In this document: positions 1 to 9,184 of the stretch, in pieces
Layout of the letters: each line of letters starts with the position of its first letter
Numbering within the stretch: position 1 is the stretch's first letter
Origin: Candidatus Binatia bacterium
GTDB lineage: Bacteria > Desulfobacterota > Binatia > UBA12015
Direction of reading: 5' to 3'
Length of the DNA: 64,000 nucleotides
Assembly (NCBI GenBank): GCA_036563615.1
Contig: DATCMB010000004.1
Coordinates: 407,293-471,292, forward strand
Position numbers and translations under genes: made by a program
The notes under the pieces: model-generated
Databases searched by the model: none
What the model was told of the DNA's origin: nothing
What the model saw: only the letters and a program-made list of their open reading frames with translations

Positions 1-172
1 TGACCTGCTCGATCGTCGTGCCGCCGTCGCCGCGGGCGAGCGTCGCCTCGCTGCCGAGCGCCGCGAGCAGCGTGCGCAGCGAGCGTCCGTGCTTGACGCC
101 CGCCGGGCTCGCGCCGCCGCTCGGCGGCATCCCGCCTCGCGGCTCGTCGATGCGGCTCGCGAGCTGCATCAT
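1..172 (-). CDS. murE: UDP-N-acetylmuramoyl-tripeptide synthetase MurE, N-terminal fragment (gene runs off the window start)
   Basis: Reverse-strand reading from an ATG at 172 gives MMQLASRIDEPRGG...LRTLLAALGSEATL, a MurE-like N-terminus. The ATG overlaps the ftsI stop (ATGA). Its position downstream of ftsI fits the dcw cluster. Confidence 0.5.
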   Translation of the reverse strand, partial: MMQLASRIDEPRGGMPPSGGASPAGVKHGRSLRTLLAALGSEATLARGDGGTTIEQV

Positions 173-2301
173 GCCGTCGGCTCCAGGACGACGAGCACGC
201 GGTCGCGCCCGTCGCACATCTCGCGCCCCGTGCTCGCGACCTCGCACAGTCCGGCGCGCTGCGGGAGCGGCGTGCCGGGCGGCGGATCCTGATCGACGAC
301 GAAGCCGCTGCCGCGCGCGTCGAGCTTGAGCCCGATGCGGTGCGCTTCGCGCAGCGCCGCGCGCAGGCTCATGCCGAGGAACGACGGCGTGATCTCGACC
401 GGTCCGTCGAACGCGGGGCGCGTGCGCGTCTCCTTGCTGCGCTCGGCGTCGCGCCCGGCCTTCGCGTCCTTGGCGCGGCGCGCGCTCGTCGCGTCGCTCT
501 TGCCGGCGCCATGGCCGTTCGACGCGCCGAAGCTCGCCGGGATGATCGTCGCGAGCGGCGCCGGGCGGCGGCCGAAGCGGTCGAGCGCGCGCGACATGAT
601 CGCCGAGAACACCGGCGCCGCGACGAGGCCGCCGTAGCGGACACCCTTCGGGTTGTCGATCATCACCAGCGTCACGAAGAGAGGGTCGTCGGCCGGCGCG
701 TAGCCGATGAACGAGGCGAGACGCTCGTTCGAGTAGCGGCGCGTGCGCGAGTCGACCTTCTGGGCCGTACCGGTCTTGCCCGCGACGCGCACGCCCGGCA
801 CGCGCGCCTTCTTGCCCGTACCCTTCTCCTCCTCGACCACGCGCTCGAGCATCGCGCCGATCGTGCGCGCGGTCTCGGGGCTGATGACTTGACGCCCGAC
901 GGCGTTCGCCGCGTCGCGCTCGAACAGCACGCGGCCGTTGGCGTCGATCGCGCGCTCGAGCAGGTACGGCTGGTAGAGCCGTCCGCCGTTCGCGATCGCG
1001 GCGAAGGCGGCCGTGAGCTGCATCGCGGTCACCGAGATGCCCTGACCGAAGCTGCTGGTCGCGAGGTCGATGTGCGCCCAGCGCTCGACCGGACGCACGA
1101 TGCCGCCCACCTCGCCCGGCAGATCCACCGACGTCGGGCGGCCGAAGCCGAAGCGCTCGAGGTAGCTGAAGTAGCGCTCGCGCCCGAGCTTCTCGGCGAT
1201 CTTGCTGACGCCGATGTTGCTCGAGTACTGGATCACCTCGGGAATCGTCAGCAGCCCGTACGGATGGTGGTCGTTGATCGTCCACCGCCCGATTTTGTAC
1301 TTGCCGTTCTCGCAGTAGACCCGGTCGTCCGGGTCGACCGCGCGCTCCTCGATCGCGGCGGCGGCGAGCACCGCCTTGAGCGTCGAGCCGGGCTCGAAGC
1401 TGTCGGTGACGGCGCGGTTGCGGCGCGCGTCGGCGCCGAACTCGCTCGGCCGGTTCGGGTCGTACCAGGGGTAGTTCGCGAGGGCGAGGATCGCGCCGGT
1501 GTGCGGGTCGAGCATCACCACCGTGCCGGCGTCGGCGTTCGCCGCCTCGACGCCCGCGGCGAGCTCGCGCTCGACCATCTCCTGCAGACCCGCGTCGATC
1601 GTCAGCTCGAGCGTCGCGCCCGCTTCGAGCCGCGTGTCGAGCGCGAGCGGGCCGCGCGGGCGCTCTTCGGTCTCCTCCGCGGCGACGCCGTGCGTGAACA
1701 GCGAGCGTCCGCGACCGTCGCGCTCGACGCGGTAGACGAGCTCCTGGCCGCGCATCCAGCGGTCGTAGCGCAGCTCGATGCCCTCGAGGCCGCGCAGGTC
1801 GATGCCCGCCGTGCCGACGACGTGCGAGCCGATCGTTCCGAGCGGGTAGACGCGACGTCCCTCGAGGATCGCGTCGACGCCGGCGAGCTTCAGGCGCTCG
1901 ACCTGCGCCGCCTGCTCGCGCGTCGCGTGGCGCTTGAGCCACACGAAGCCGGCCTTGGAATCGAGCTTCCGGTCGAGCGTCGCGCGCGGCATGCCGAGGA
2001 TCGAGGCGAGCTGGTCGCGCTTCTCGTGCGGGATCGGGTGGTAGCGCGGGCTCGCGTAGATCGACGGCATGCCGATCGTGTCGGCGAAGATCGTACCCTC
2101 GCGGTCACGGATCTGGCCGCGCGGCGCCGCCATGTGGATGCGCTCGACGTACTGGCTCTGCGCGCGCGCCGAGAGCTGCGGGCGCTCGAGGATCGTCAGG
2201 TGCGCGACCCGTAGCGCCATCACCAGCAGCAGCACCGCGACCCCGCCGGCGACGACGAGGATGCGCTCGCGCGGGGCGCCCGCCTCGTCGACCGGATTCA
2301 C
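169..2301 (-). CDS. ftsI: Peptidoglycan D,D-transpeptidase FtsI (class B PBP, PBP3)
   Basis: N-terminal TM helix, then a PBP dimerisation domain and a transpeptidase domain with SxxK/SSN/KTG motifs (SSNIGVSK, KTGTAQK). The start is a GTG at 2301 overlapping the ftsL stop (GTGA). The upstream part of the 775-aa track ORF is Arg-rich and probably not translated. Confidence 0.85.
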   Translation of the reverse strand: MNPVDEAGAPRERILVVAGGVAVLLLVMALRVAHLTILERPQLSARAQSQYVERIHMAAPRGQIRDREGTIFADTIGMPSIYASPRYHPIPHEKRDQLASILGMPRATLDRKLDSKAGFVWLKRHATREQAAQVERLKLAGVDAILEGRRVYPLGTIGSHVVGTAGIDLRGLEGIELRYDRWMRGQELVYRVERDGRGRSLFTHGVAAEETEERPRGPLALDTRLEAGATLELTIDAGLQEMVERELAAGVEAANADAGTVVMLDPHTGAILALANYPWYDPNRPSEFGADARRNRAVTDSFEPGSTLKAVLAAAAIEERAVDPDDRVYCENGKYKIGRWTINDHHPYGLLTIPEVIQYSSNIGVSKIAEKLGRERYFSYLERFGFGRPTSVDLPGEVGGIVRPVERWAHIDLATSSFGQGISVTAMQLTAAFAAIANGGRLYQPYLLERAIDANGRVLFERDAANAVGRQVISPETARTIGAMLERVVEEEKGTGKKARVPGVRVAGKTGTAQKVDSRTRRYSNERLASFIGYAPADDPLFVTLVMIDNPKGVRYGGLVAAPVFSAIMSRALDRFGRRPAPLATIIPASFGASNGHGAGKSDATSARRAKDAKAGRDAERSKETRTRPAFDGPVEITPSFLGMSLRAALREAHRIGLKLDARGSGFVVDQDPPPGTPLPQRAGLCEVASTGREMCDGRDRVLVVLEPTA

Positions 2302-2552
2302 GGCAGCTCCACCACCTGGCCGGACTTCGGCCAGTCGAGCCCGAGACGCCGCCGCGCCTCGTCGGCGAGCAGGTCGGGCTTCAGCATCGCGCTGTACTCG
2401 ATGCGCAGCTCGTTGAGCTGGCGGTCGAGGCGCTGGTTCAGGTCGTGCGCGCGCGACAGCTCGTAGCCGAGACGGTTCACGGTGAGCCCGGTCCACGCGT
2501 GCAGCAGCGCGGCGAGCAGAACGACCGCACCGGCGACCAGGTTGAGCCGCAT
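2298..2552 (-). CDS. ftsL: Cell division protein FtsL (septum formation initiator family)
   Basis: Small protein with a single TM helix (MRLNLVAGAVVLLAALLHAW) followed by a coiled-coil region (LNQRLDRQLNELRIEY). It lies between rsmH and ftsI. The start could extend to 2699, overlapping the rsmH stop. Confidence 0.6.
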   Translation of the reverse strand: MRLNLVAGAVVLLAALLHAWTGLTVNRLGYELSRAHDLNQRLDRQLNELRIEYSAMLKPDLLADEARRRLGLDWPKSGQVVELP

Positions 2553-2688
2553 CGCGCGCGAGCGCGCGCTGCGTCCGATCTCGGCGCCCGGCGCGTGCGG
2601 ACGCCGCGCGGTGCGCACGAGCGCCGGACGCGGCACCGCCACCGGCGCCGTCAGCTGGGTCCGCGGCGTGCGCGGAACGAGTGCTGCT

Positions 2689-3654
2689 TCAGCGCCCATC
2701 GACCCACTCCACCGCGCGCAGCCGAGCGCTCCGAGCGCGCGGGTTGCGCGCCACCTCGTCGTCCGACGGCCGCTGCGCGCCAGGCGTCAAGCGGATCGCG
2801 CGCGCCTTGCCGCCGCACTGGCAGACCGGCAGCTCGGGCGGGCAGACGCAGCGCGCCGACCAGCGACGAAGATGTTGCTTGACGATCCGATCCTCGAGCG
2901 AGTGGTAAGCGAGGAACGCGACGCGCGCGCCCGGCGCGAGGCGCTGCGGCAGCGTCTCGAGCAGGTTTTCGAGCTCGCCCAGCTCGTCGTTCACCGCGAT
3001 CCGCAGCGCCTGGAAGGTCAGCGTCGCCGGGTCGTGGCGACGGGTCGCGCGTCCGCCGACCGCGCGCAGCACCGCGGCGCGCAGCTCCTGGGTCGTCCGC
3101 GGACGTCCGCCTTCGGCGCGGCACAGCGCGCGCGCGATGCGCTTCGCCTCGGGCTCCTCGCCGAGGTCGCGCAGCAGCGCGGCGATCTCGCTCTGAGAGA
3201 GGCGCGCGAGCAGGTCGGCCGCGCTCTCGCCGCGCGTGCGGTCCATGCGCATGTCGAGCTCGCCCTCGCGCTGGAAGCTGAAGCCGCGCTGCGCGTCGTC
3301 GAGCTGCAGCGAGGAGACCCCGAGGTCCGCGACGACCGCGTCGACGCGCTCCCAGCCGAGCTCGTCGAGCGTCTGCGCGAGCTCGGAGAAGCGCGCGTGG
3401 CGCAGCACGACGCGCTCGCCCCACGGCGCGAGACGCTCGCCGGCGATCGCGAGCGCGTCGTCGTCGCGATCGAGGCCGAGCAGGCGGGCGTCGGCGGCGG
3501 CGCGCTCGAGGAGCGCTGCGGAGTGTCCGCCGAGGCCGAGCGTGACGTCGACGATCCGGGCTCCGGGGCGTGCGACCGCGGGCGCGAGCAGCTCGGTGAC
3601 CTCGTGCAGCATCACCGGCTCGTGGCGCGGACGCTCCTCGCCAGCAGGGTTCAT
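2689..3654 (-). CDS. rsmH: 16S rRNA (cytosine1402-N4)-methyltransferase RsmH (MraW)
   Basis: Conserved N-terminus HEPVMLHEV and SAM-MTase motifs (VDVTLGLGGHS, DLGVSSLQLD). It follows mraZ as in the canonical dcw order. The ATG at 3654 lies after the mraZ stop. Confidence 0.85.
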   Translation of the reverse strand: MNPAGEERPRHEPVMLHEVTELLAPAVARPGARIVDVTLGLGGHSAALLERAAADARLLGLDRDDDALAIAGERLAPWGERVVLRHARFSELAQTLDELGWERVDAVVADLGVSSLQLDDAQRGFSFQREGELDMRMDRTRGESAADLLARLSQSEIAALLRDLGEEPEAKRIARALCRAEGGRPRTTQELRAAVLRAVGGRATRRHDPATLTFQALRIAVNDELGELENLLETLPQRLAPGARVAFLAYHSLEDRIVKQHLRRWSARCVCPPELPVCQCGGKARAIRLTPGAQRPSDDEVARNPRARSARLRAVEWVDGR

Positions 3655-3694
3655 CGCCAACCCCTCCCTCGCGGGATCCGTGCCCGGTATCGCG

Positions 3695-4147
3695 TCAACC
3701 AACAGCATTGAATCGATTCGGCTTCTCGCGTAGCGCGATGCGGTACTGCTCCATGAGCTTCTGGCGCTCGATCGGGTTGAACACCTGGAAGCGGTTGTGG
3801 ACGCCGACGAAGACCACCTCGTCGGTGAGCTGGGCGTGATCGCGCAACGACTGCGGCAGGAGGATGCGGCCCTGCTTGTCGGGGTGACAGGGCTGCGCCT
3901 CGCCGATGTACATGGTCTCGAACAGGCTGCGATCCTCGCCGAACGCGCCCTCCTTGGACTGAATCCGCACCACGAGCTCGTGCCAGGAGCGCGCGTCGTA
4001 CGCCTCGAGGCACGGTGAGCCCTGGATGTCCCACGCGGTGATCATCAGCTTGTCCTGGCCGCTCGCGGCCAAGGCTTCACGGTACTTGGCCGGGAGGGCG
4101 ACCCGCCCCTTGTCGTCGAGCCTGTTGGTGAACCGACCTTCGAACAT
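3695..4147 (-). CDS. mraZ: Transcriptional regulator MraZ
   Basis: Duplicated MraZ/SpoVT-AbrB domains (MFEGRFTNRLDDKGRVALPAKYR ... GRILLPQSLRDHAQL). It is the first gene of the dcw cluster. Confidence 0.85.
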   Translation of the reverse strand: MFEGRFTNRLDDKGRVALPAKYREALAASGQDKLMITAWDIQGSPCLEAYDARSWHELVVRIQSKEGAFGEDRSLFETMYIGEAQPCHPDKQGRILLPQSLRDHAQLTDEVVFVGVHNRFQVFNPIERQKLMEQYRIALREKPNRFNAVG

Positions 4148-4180
4148 CGACCACTCAGGACGGGATGCGCCCCCAGAAAA

Positions 4181-4210
4181 CCGACCCTAGCCTCCACCAC
4201 TCCCCACATT
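4181..4210 (-). promoter_or_regulatory. Putative MraZ operator: three direct TGGGG/TGGAG repeats at 10-bp spacing
   Basis: On the minus strand the sequence reads GTGGTGGGGAAATGTGGGGAGTGGTGGAGG, 34-63 nt upstream of the mraZ start. Direct GTGGG-type repeats at helical periodicity are the established MraZ-box architecture in Pmra. Confidence 0.35.
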
Positions 4211-4557
4211 TCCCCACCACGCGCTGTTTCGGTCGTTTCGCGGACGGAGTCAAGAGGAATGTGCGGGCCGAGGTGCGATTTCGCTTCGAGTGGACAATTC
4301 TTCGCTGTTTTTTCGCCCCGCGGGCGACATGGCGCGGCGTGCGCGCGGACGTAAAGCGCAAGATTTGCGTGCGGTGCGACGCCCGGCGAGAGACGCATCA
4401 CTCGGCACGGCGCGTGACGTGTGGCGCGGCTCGGGACTGGACCCGCGTCAAGCACTTGGTGACGCGGGCCGGGACGACGTCGAGCTACGTGGATGCCGAC
4501 CGCGGGCGGGCCGCCCGGCAGGTCCTGCCGGGCGAGCGCCGCGCGATCGAAAGAAGG

Positions 4558-4930
4558 ACTGAAGGGGGTCTGTAAGCCGGATTCTGTCCCCGGTCGTAAT
4601 CGACCGGGCGACGGTCATTCCTCTGGGCGCACGATTGCTCGTGGGCTCGATGCGGCCGTACCCGGGGTCGACGGGCGGGCCACCCTCCCCCAGTTTGGCC
4701 TTGCTCCGGACGGGGTTTGCGAAGCGCCGCGGCTCACGCACGCGGCCGGTGGGCTCTTACCCCACCTTTTCACCGTGACCGGACACCCGGTTGCCCGCAC
4801 GCCCGGCCGACTCGTTTTCTGTCGCACTTTCCCCCGATTGCTCGGGGCCGCGGTTGGCGGCCGTCCTTGCCCTGTGGAGTCCGGACTTTCCTACCGGGCG
4901 AACCCGATCGACCGTCCGACCCCCTTCAGA
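4558..4930 (-). ncRNA. rnpB: RNase P RNA (bacterial type A)
   Basis: The minus strand contains the universally conserved RNase P RNA blocks GGAAAGUCCGGACUCCACAGGGCA (P4/CR-I), GGUAAGAGCCCACC, GGAGCAAGGCCAAA, GAAUGACCGUC and ACAGAAUCCGGCUUA (CR-V). A P1 helix (GAAGGGGGUC...GACCCCCUUC) bounds a ~370-nt RNA. Confidence 0.85.
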
Positions 4931-4973
4931 AGTCGTTCAGAGATGCGCACGGCGACGCCGTGCCGCAAGCCGA

Positions 4974-5716
4974 TCAGCTACCGGAGCGCGCCTGCTGCTC
5001 TTCGCCGTTCGCCTCGGAGCGCGTGAACAGGATGCGCTGACAGCTCGGGCAGACGTGCACGTCGCGGCGCTTCTGGATCTCGATGTAGAGCTGCGGCGGA
5101 ACGCGCATGTTGCAGCCGAGGCAGATGCCGTGTCGCACCTCGACGACGGCGACGCCGCCGCGACGCGCGAACACCTGCTCGTAGCGCTTGCGCACCGACA
5201 CGTTGAGCTTCGACGCGAGCCCATCGCGGACACCTCGGTCGCCGTCGATCTCGGCGCGCAGCTGCGCGATGCGCGCGCGCGCATGCTCCTCGTGCTTGGC
5301 GATGCGCTCCTCGAGCTCCTTGAGCTCCGCCTCCGCCTCGCGCAGCCCACCGTCGACCGCCTCGCTCTGCTCGAGCAGCGTGAGCAGCTCCTCCTCGAGG
5401 CGCGAGTTCGCCTCCTTGGTGAGCTCGATCTCGCGCTGCGCGACCATCAGCTCCTTGTCGTTGCGGATGCGGTTGAGACGCATCCGCCGCTCCTTGATCT
5501 TGCGCTCCTCGTTCTGGAGCTGCTCTTCGAGCTGACGGCGACGGCCGTTGGTGTTGCCCGCCTCGACGCGGGCGGCCTCCACCTGCTGACGCTTGGAGGC
5601 GAGTCGTTCCTGAAGCTCCGAGGACTGGCGCTCGAGCTCCGCGAGCTCGAGCTCACGCTCGCGGTTCCGCCGATCGATTTCCTGCAGACTGGCGAGGATC
5701 TCAATCAGGCTTTCCA
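4974..5716 (-). CDS. Zinc-ribbon domain protein (COG1579-like coiled-coil protein with a C-terminal C4 zinc ribbon)
   Basis: N-terminal LESLIEILASLQEIDRRNRE, a long E/R/L-rich coiled coil, and a C-terminal CLGCN...CPSCQRIL zinc ribbon. GC3 is strongly biased. The start is probably a TTG/CTG near 5716 just after the sigma-factor stop; the ATG at 5780 would overlap that gene by ~80 nt. Confidence 0.6.
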
Positions 5717-6705
5717 AACGCGCGCTCCATGTTGAGGTGGGACTTGGGTCTGTAACACTCTCGCTTCGGGGTGCAAGCACCGTTCGTCCGCGTGCTCATC
5801 GGACGCTCTCTCGATCGGGTCGATCGGGCGTTTGGCCACTGCTCGGCCCCCTCCACCGACCCACCGAAAGCGGGGTTCTCCGCCGCTTCGCGCCTCGAGA
5901 GCGTGGGCTTTGCGGCGTACCGCACGTCGGCGGCGACGTCGGCCCTCAGGAGGGTTTCGAGGGCAGCGAGCTCGCCGTCGTGTGCCGCGACCGCGAAGGC
6001 CGCAAGGAGACGTCGCTGCGCCGCCGCGCTCGTCGGCCAGCATCGCTCGGCGACGAGGTGCTTGCGCGCCCGGCTCGCGAGCTGCCGGGCGTTCGCTTCG
6101 CTGACGTCGAGAAGGTCGGCGATGTCGGCGTACGCGTAGTCGAACGCGCGGCGAAGAACGAAGGCCGCACGCTCGCCCGGCGCGAGCTTCTCGAGCAGCA
6201 GCGAGATCGCGAGGTCGAGCGCTTCGCCGTGCGCGAGCGCACGCTCGGGGTCGGCGCTCGCGTCGGGCGGCTCCGGCAGCCACCGGACGAGCGACCTCTC
6301 GTGACGCGCGCGCGCCGAGCACGCTGCGTTGAGCGCCAGCCTGGTCGTGGTCGTGACGAGGAACGCGGGCGCGTCGCGCACGACGCGTCGATCGGTCGCC
6401 TGCCAGCGCAGCCACGCCTCCTGCACGACGTCGTCGGCTTCCGCGGAGCTGCCGAGCACGCGCGACGCGATGCCGAGCAGCCGCGCGCGGACGCCGACGA
6501 AGGCGACGAGCCCGTCGTCGAGAGCGGCAGCGTGATCGTGAGCGCCGCTTTGCTGCGCGAAAACCTTCGCGTCGTCTTCGCGCCGCCGCAGCAGCGGCGG
6601 AGTCCTGCCGCCAATCGCGCCGGTCGCGCCGCGCTCACCGCCCTTGCGGAGCACTCCCTGCGCAGCGCTCCGCGCCGAGGCGACGGCGCTCGGCAAGGAC
6701 GGCAT
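5701..6705 (-). CDS. RNA polymerase sigma-70 factor, ECF subfamily (ECF41-like)
   Basis: Sigma region 2 (DDVVQEAWLRW), the WLPEP linker motif typical of ECF41, sigma region 4 HTH (DIADLLDVSEANARQLASRARKHL), and a C-terminal extension beginning like a SnoaL-type domain (LLAAFAVAAHDGELAALETLLRADV). The ATG at 6705 is confirmed in the sequence. Confidence 0.7.
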   Translation of the reverse strand: MPSLPSAVASARSAAQGVLRKGGERGATGAIGGRTPPLLRRREDDAKVFAQQSGAHDHAAALDDGLVAFVGVRARLLGIASRVLGSSAEADDVVQEAWLRWQATDRRVVRDAPAFLVTTTTRLALNAACSARARHERSLVRWLPEPPDASADPERALAHGEALDLAISLLLEKLAPGERAAFVLRRAFDYAYADIADLLDVSEANARQLASRARKHLVAERCWPTSAAAQRRLLAAFAVAAHDGELAALETLLRADVAADVRYAAKPTLSRREAAENPAFGGSVEGAEQWPNARSTRSRERPMSTRTNGACTPKRECYRPKSHLNMERAFGKPD

Positions 6706-6793
6706 GTCGTGTTGTAGGCGCGTCGCGGAGGTTGAGTCGACCCCGGTCGAGCCCGCGACTCGGCGTACCGTCAAGCAACAAAGAGAGGGATCA

Positions 6794-6867
6794 TGGGCCC
6801 GCCAGGCCTCGAACCTGGGACCAACCGGTTATGAGCCGGCCGCTCTGACCAACTGAGCTACGGGCCC
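6794..6867 (-). tRNA. tRNA-Met (anticodon CAU), elongator-type; tRNA-Ile2 (lysidine) cannot be excluded
   Basis: The minus strand folds as a cloverleaf: acceptor GGGCCCG/CGGGCCC, D-arm GCTC..GAGC, anticodon loop CUCAUAA, T-arm CCAGG-TTCGAGG-CCTGG, discriminator A. The G1:C72 pair and the anticodon stem argue against initiator tRNA. CCA is not encoded. Confidence 0.8.
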
Positions 6868-6973
6868 GTCACGATCAGGGACGTCGCTCGACGCTCGCCG
6901 AATCCGGACGCGACCGCAAGACGAGACGCGAACGCGAGCCGGACGATGGACGACGACCGCATCCCACCGCGCG

Positions 6974-9184
6974 CTAGCGCTCGGCGTCGGGATCGTACGC
7001 GAGGTCGTCCTCGTCGTAGACGTCGTCGGCGTCATCGTACGGCTCGGGCGGCGGGACAAAGGGCTCCTCGGGGGGCGGCGGCGCCGGGCGGTCGTCCGCC
7101 TCGTGCGCGCCTACATACGGCTCTTCGTGCATCCCCAGGGACAGTTCGTCGGGCGCGTCCGCGTACGGGTCTTCGTGCGCTTGTGCGTACGGCGCACCGG
7201 GCGCCCCGACGTACGGCTCGTCCGGCGCGCCCGCACCCGCGTACGGATCGTGCGCACCGACGTCGGAGCCAGCGACATCCGCGCCCGTCGCGGCCGCAAC
7301 GCTCGCGTCCGTGTCGCCCTCCTCCGAGGCGAACGCGTCCGAGGTCTCCCGCAGCCGTCGCAGCGCCTCGAGCACCGCCGCGACCTGCTCGGCGTCGCGC
7401 CGGTGCTCCGCCGCGCGCAGCTGCGCGATCAGCGAGCGACGCTCGGCGCGCGCGCGGCGCTGCGCGCGGCGCGCGAACCACTCGTTGCCCGCGCGCCGCA
7501 GCTCGCTCTCGCTCGACGACGCGAGCCGGCGCGCGACGCGCTCGGCCATGCCGCGCGGCAGCTCGGCGAGCATCTCGCTGGCCTCGAACGGCCCGCCCGA
7601 CATGCGCCGCGTGACGATCAGCTCGGCGAGACGGCGCAGCTCGGGATCCTCGAACTCGCGCCACACCTGCTCTTCCGCCGCGCGCGCGGCGACGGTCGCG
7701 TCGCACAGCACGAGCTCGACGAGCTCGGCCTCGGCCGAGAAGTGCGCGCCGCGCCCCGTGCGTTGCGCTTGACGCTGCGGCGTCGCACCGCGTACCGGCG
7801 CTCCGCCCGCGCCGACCGGCCTCCCCTGCCCCGCGCCGGCGCCGCCCCATCGCGACGGAGCGGCGGCGGGAGCCGAGCGCGCCGGCGCGACGCCCGCACT
7901 CCGTACCTGCGCCGCGCGGCTTCGCTGCGCGGCCTCGAGCAGCGCTGCATCCGACACCCCGAGCCGCCCGGCGACGCCACGCACGATCTTGTCGCGCACG
8001 ATCGGGTCCTGGACGTTCGCGAGCAGCGCCGCCATCCGCGCCGCGGCGCGCGCGGTCTCGCCGACGCCCGCGTCGCGGCCGACGAGCTCGTCGAGGTAGA
8101 AGTCGAACAGCGTCGTCGCGTTAGCGACGCGCTCGGCGAACGCGTCGCGGCCGATCTTGCGCACGAGGCTGTCCGGGTCGTCGCCCGCCGGCAGGAACAC
8201 GGCGCGCGGCCAGAGGTCGATCTGGTCGACGCACAGCGGGAACGCGCGCAGCGCGGCGCGGCGTCCGGCCTCGTCGCCGTCGAAGCAGATGACGATGTCC
8301 TCCGCGAAGCGGCGCGCGAGCTTGAGCTGGTCGACGGTGAGCGCCGTGCCGAGCACGGCCGCGACGTTGGCGATGCCGGCCTGCGCGAGCGCGATCGCGT
8401 CGAGGTAGCCCTCGACCAGCACGATGCGTCCCTCGGCGCGGATCGCGTCGCGCGCGAGGTCGAGGCCGTAGAGGTGATGCCCCTTGCGGTAGAGCGGCGT
8501 CTCCGGCGAGTTCAGGTACTTCGGCCCCTTGACCTCGCCGACCGCGCGGCCGCCGAACGCGATCACGCGACCCGAGAGGTCGTGGATCGGGAACATCAGC
8601 CGGTCGCGGAACAGCGGGTAGAGGCCGCGTCCGCTGCGGCTCGGGCTCGCGAGCCCGAGCGTCCGCAGCTCCTGCGCGGTGACGCCGCGGCGCAGGAGCT
8701 TCTCGTGCCAGGGCGTCGCCGGCGCAAACCCGAGCCCGAAGCGCTGCGCGGTCTCCTGATCGATGCCGCGGCGCTCGAGGTACTCGCGCCCCGGCGCGCC
8801 GAGCCGGCTCTCGCGCAGGATGATCGTGAAGAGCTGCGCCGCGAGGCCGTTCACCTCGGCGAGGCGGTCCTGCACCCCGGAGGCGCGCGACTCCGGCACC
8901 TCGACCCCGACCCGCGCCGCGAGCGTGCGCACGGCCTCGGGAAAGGTCGCGCCGGTCACGCGCATCAGGAAGGTGAACGCGTTGCCGCCCGCGTTGCAGC
9001 CGAAGCAGTGGAAGAAGCCACGCTCCGGGTCGACGTGGAACGACGGCGTCTTCTCCTGATGGAACGGACAGAGGCCGAGGAAGCCGCGGCCGCTGCGCTT
9101 GAGCGCGACGTGCTCGGAGATCAGCGCGGCAAGGTCCGTGCGCCGCTTGATCTCGTCCAGCACCGCGTCGGGAATCGCGCCCAT
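6974..9184 (-). CDS. dnaG: DNA primase DnaG
   Basis: N-terminal zinc-binding domain (CPFHQEKTPSFHV...FHCFGCNAGGN), TOPRIM core (EGYLDAIALAQAG, DGDEAGRRAA), and its position downstream of rpsU. It is 736 aa with an unusual acidic low-complexity C-terminal tail. Confidence 0.9.
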   Translation of the reverse strand: MGAIPDAVLDEIKRRTDLAALISEHVALKRSGRGFLGLCPFHQEKTPSFHVDPERGFFHCFGCNAGGNAFTFLMRVTGATFPEAVRTLAARVGVEVPESRASGVQDRLAEVNGLAAQLFTIILRESRLGAPGREYLERRGIDQETAQRFGLGFAPATPWHEKLLRRGVTAQELRTLGLASPSRSGRGLYPLFRDRLMFPIHDLSGRVIAFGGRAVGEVKGPKYLNSPETPLYRKGHHLYGLDLARDAIRAEGRIVLVEGYLDAIALAQAGIANVAAVLGTALTVDQLKLARRFAEDIVICFDGDEAGRRAALRAFPLCVDQIDLWPRAVFLPAGDDPDSLVRKIGRDAFAERVANATTLFDFYLDELVGRDAGVGETARAAARMAALLANVQDPIVRDKIVRGVAGRLGVSDAALLEAAQRSRAAQVRSAGVAPARSAPAAAPSRWGGAGAGQGRPVGAGGAPVRGATPQRQAQRTGRGAHFSAEAELVELVLCDATVAARAAEEQVWREFEDPELRRLAELIVTRRMSGGPFEASEMLAELPRGMAERVARRLASSSESELRRAGNEWFARRAQRRARAERRSLIAQLRAAEHRRDAEQVAAVLEALRRLRETSDAFASEEGDTDASVAAATGADVAGSDVGAHDPYAGAGAPDEPYVGAPGAPYAQAHEDPYADAPDELSLGMHEEPYVGAHEADDRPAPPPPEEPFVPPPEPYDDADDVYDEDDLAYDPDAER

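Noticed and set aside
340..2214. 624-aa ORF on the plus strand antisense to ftsI (Arg/Ala-rich). Similar long antisense ORFs lie at 2482-3711, 7103-9271, 29863-34341 (1492 aa), 39338-43114 (1258 aa), 24549-26771, 11378-13031 and others.
   Set aside because: At ~70% GC, stop codons are rare on every strand. These ORFs are Arg/Ala/Pro-rich, lack the host GC3 pattern, and lie opposite genes with unmistakable homology. They are artefacts, not overlapping genes.
4515..4540. Palindrome CCGGCAGG-A-CCTGCCGG right after the rnpB 3' end as an intrinsic terminator.
   Set aside because: There is no U-tract and the loop is too short for a stable canonical terminator. It may be an RNase P RNA 3'-processing or secondary structure. 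It is not called as a feature.
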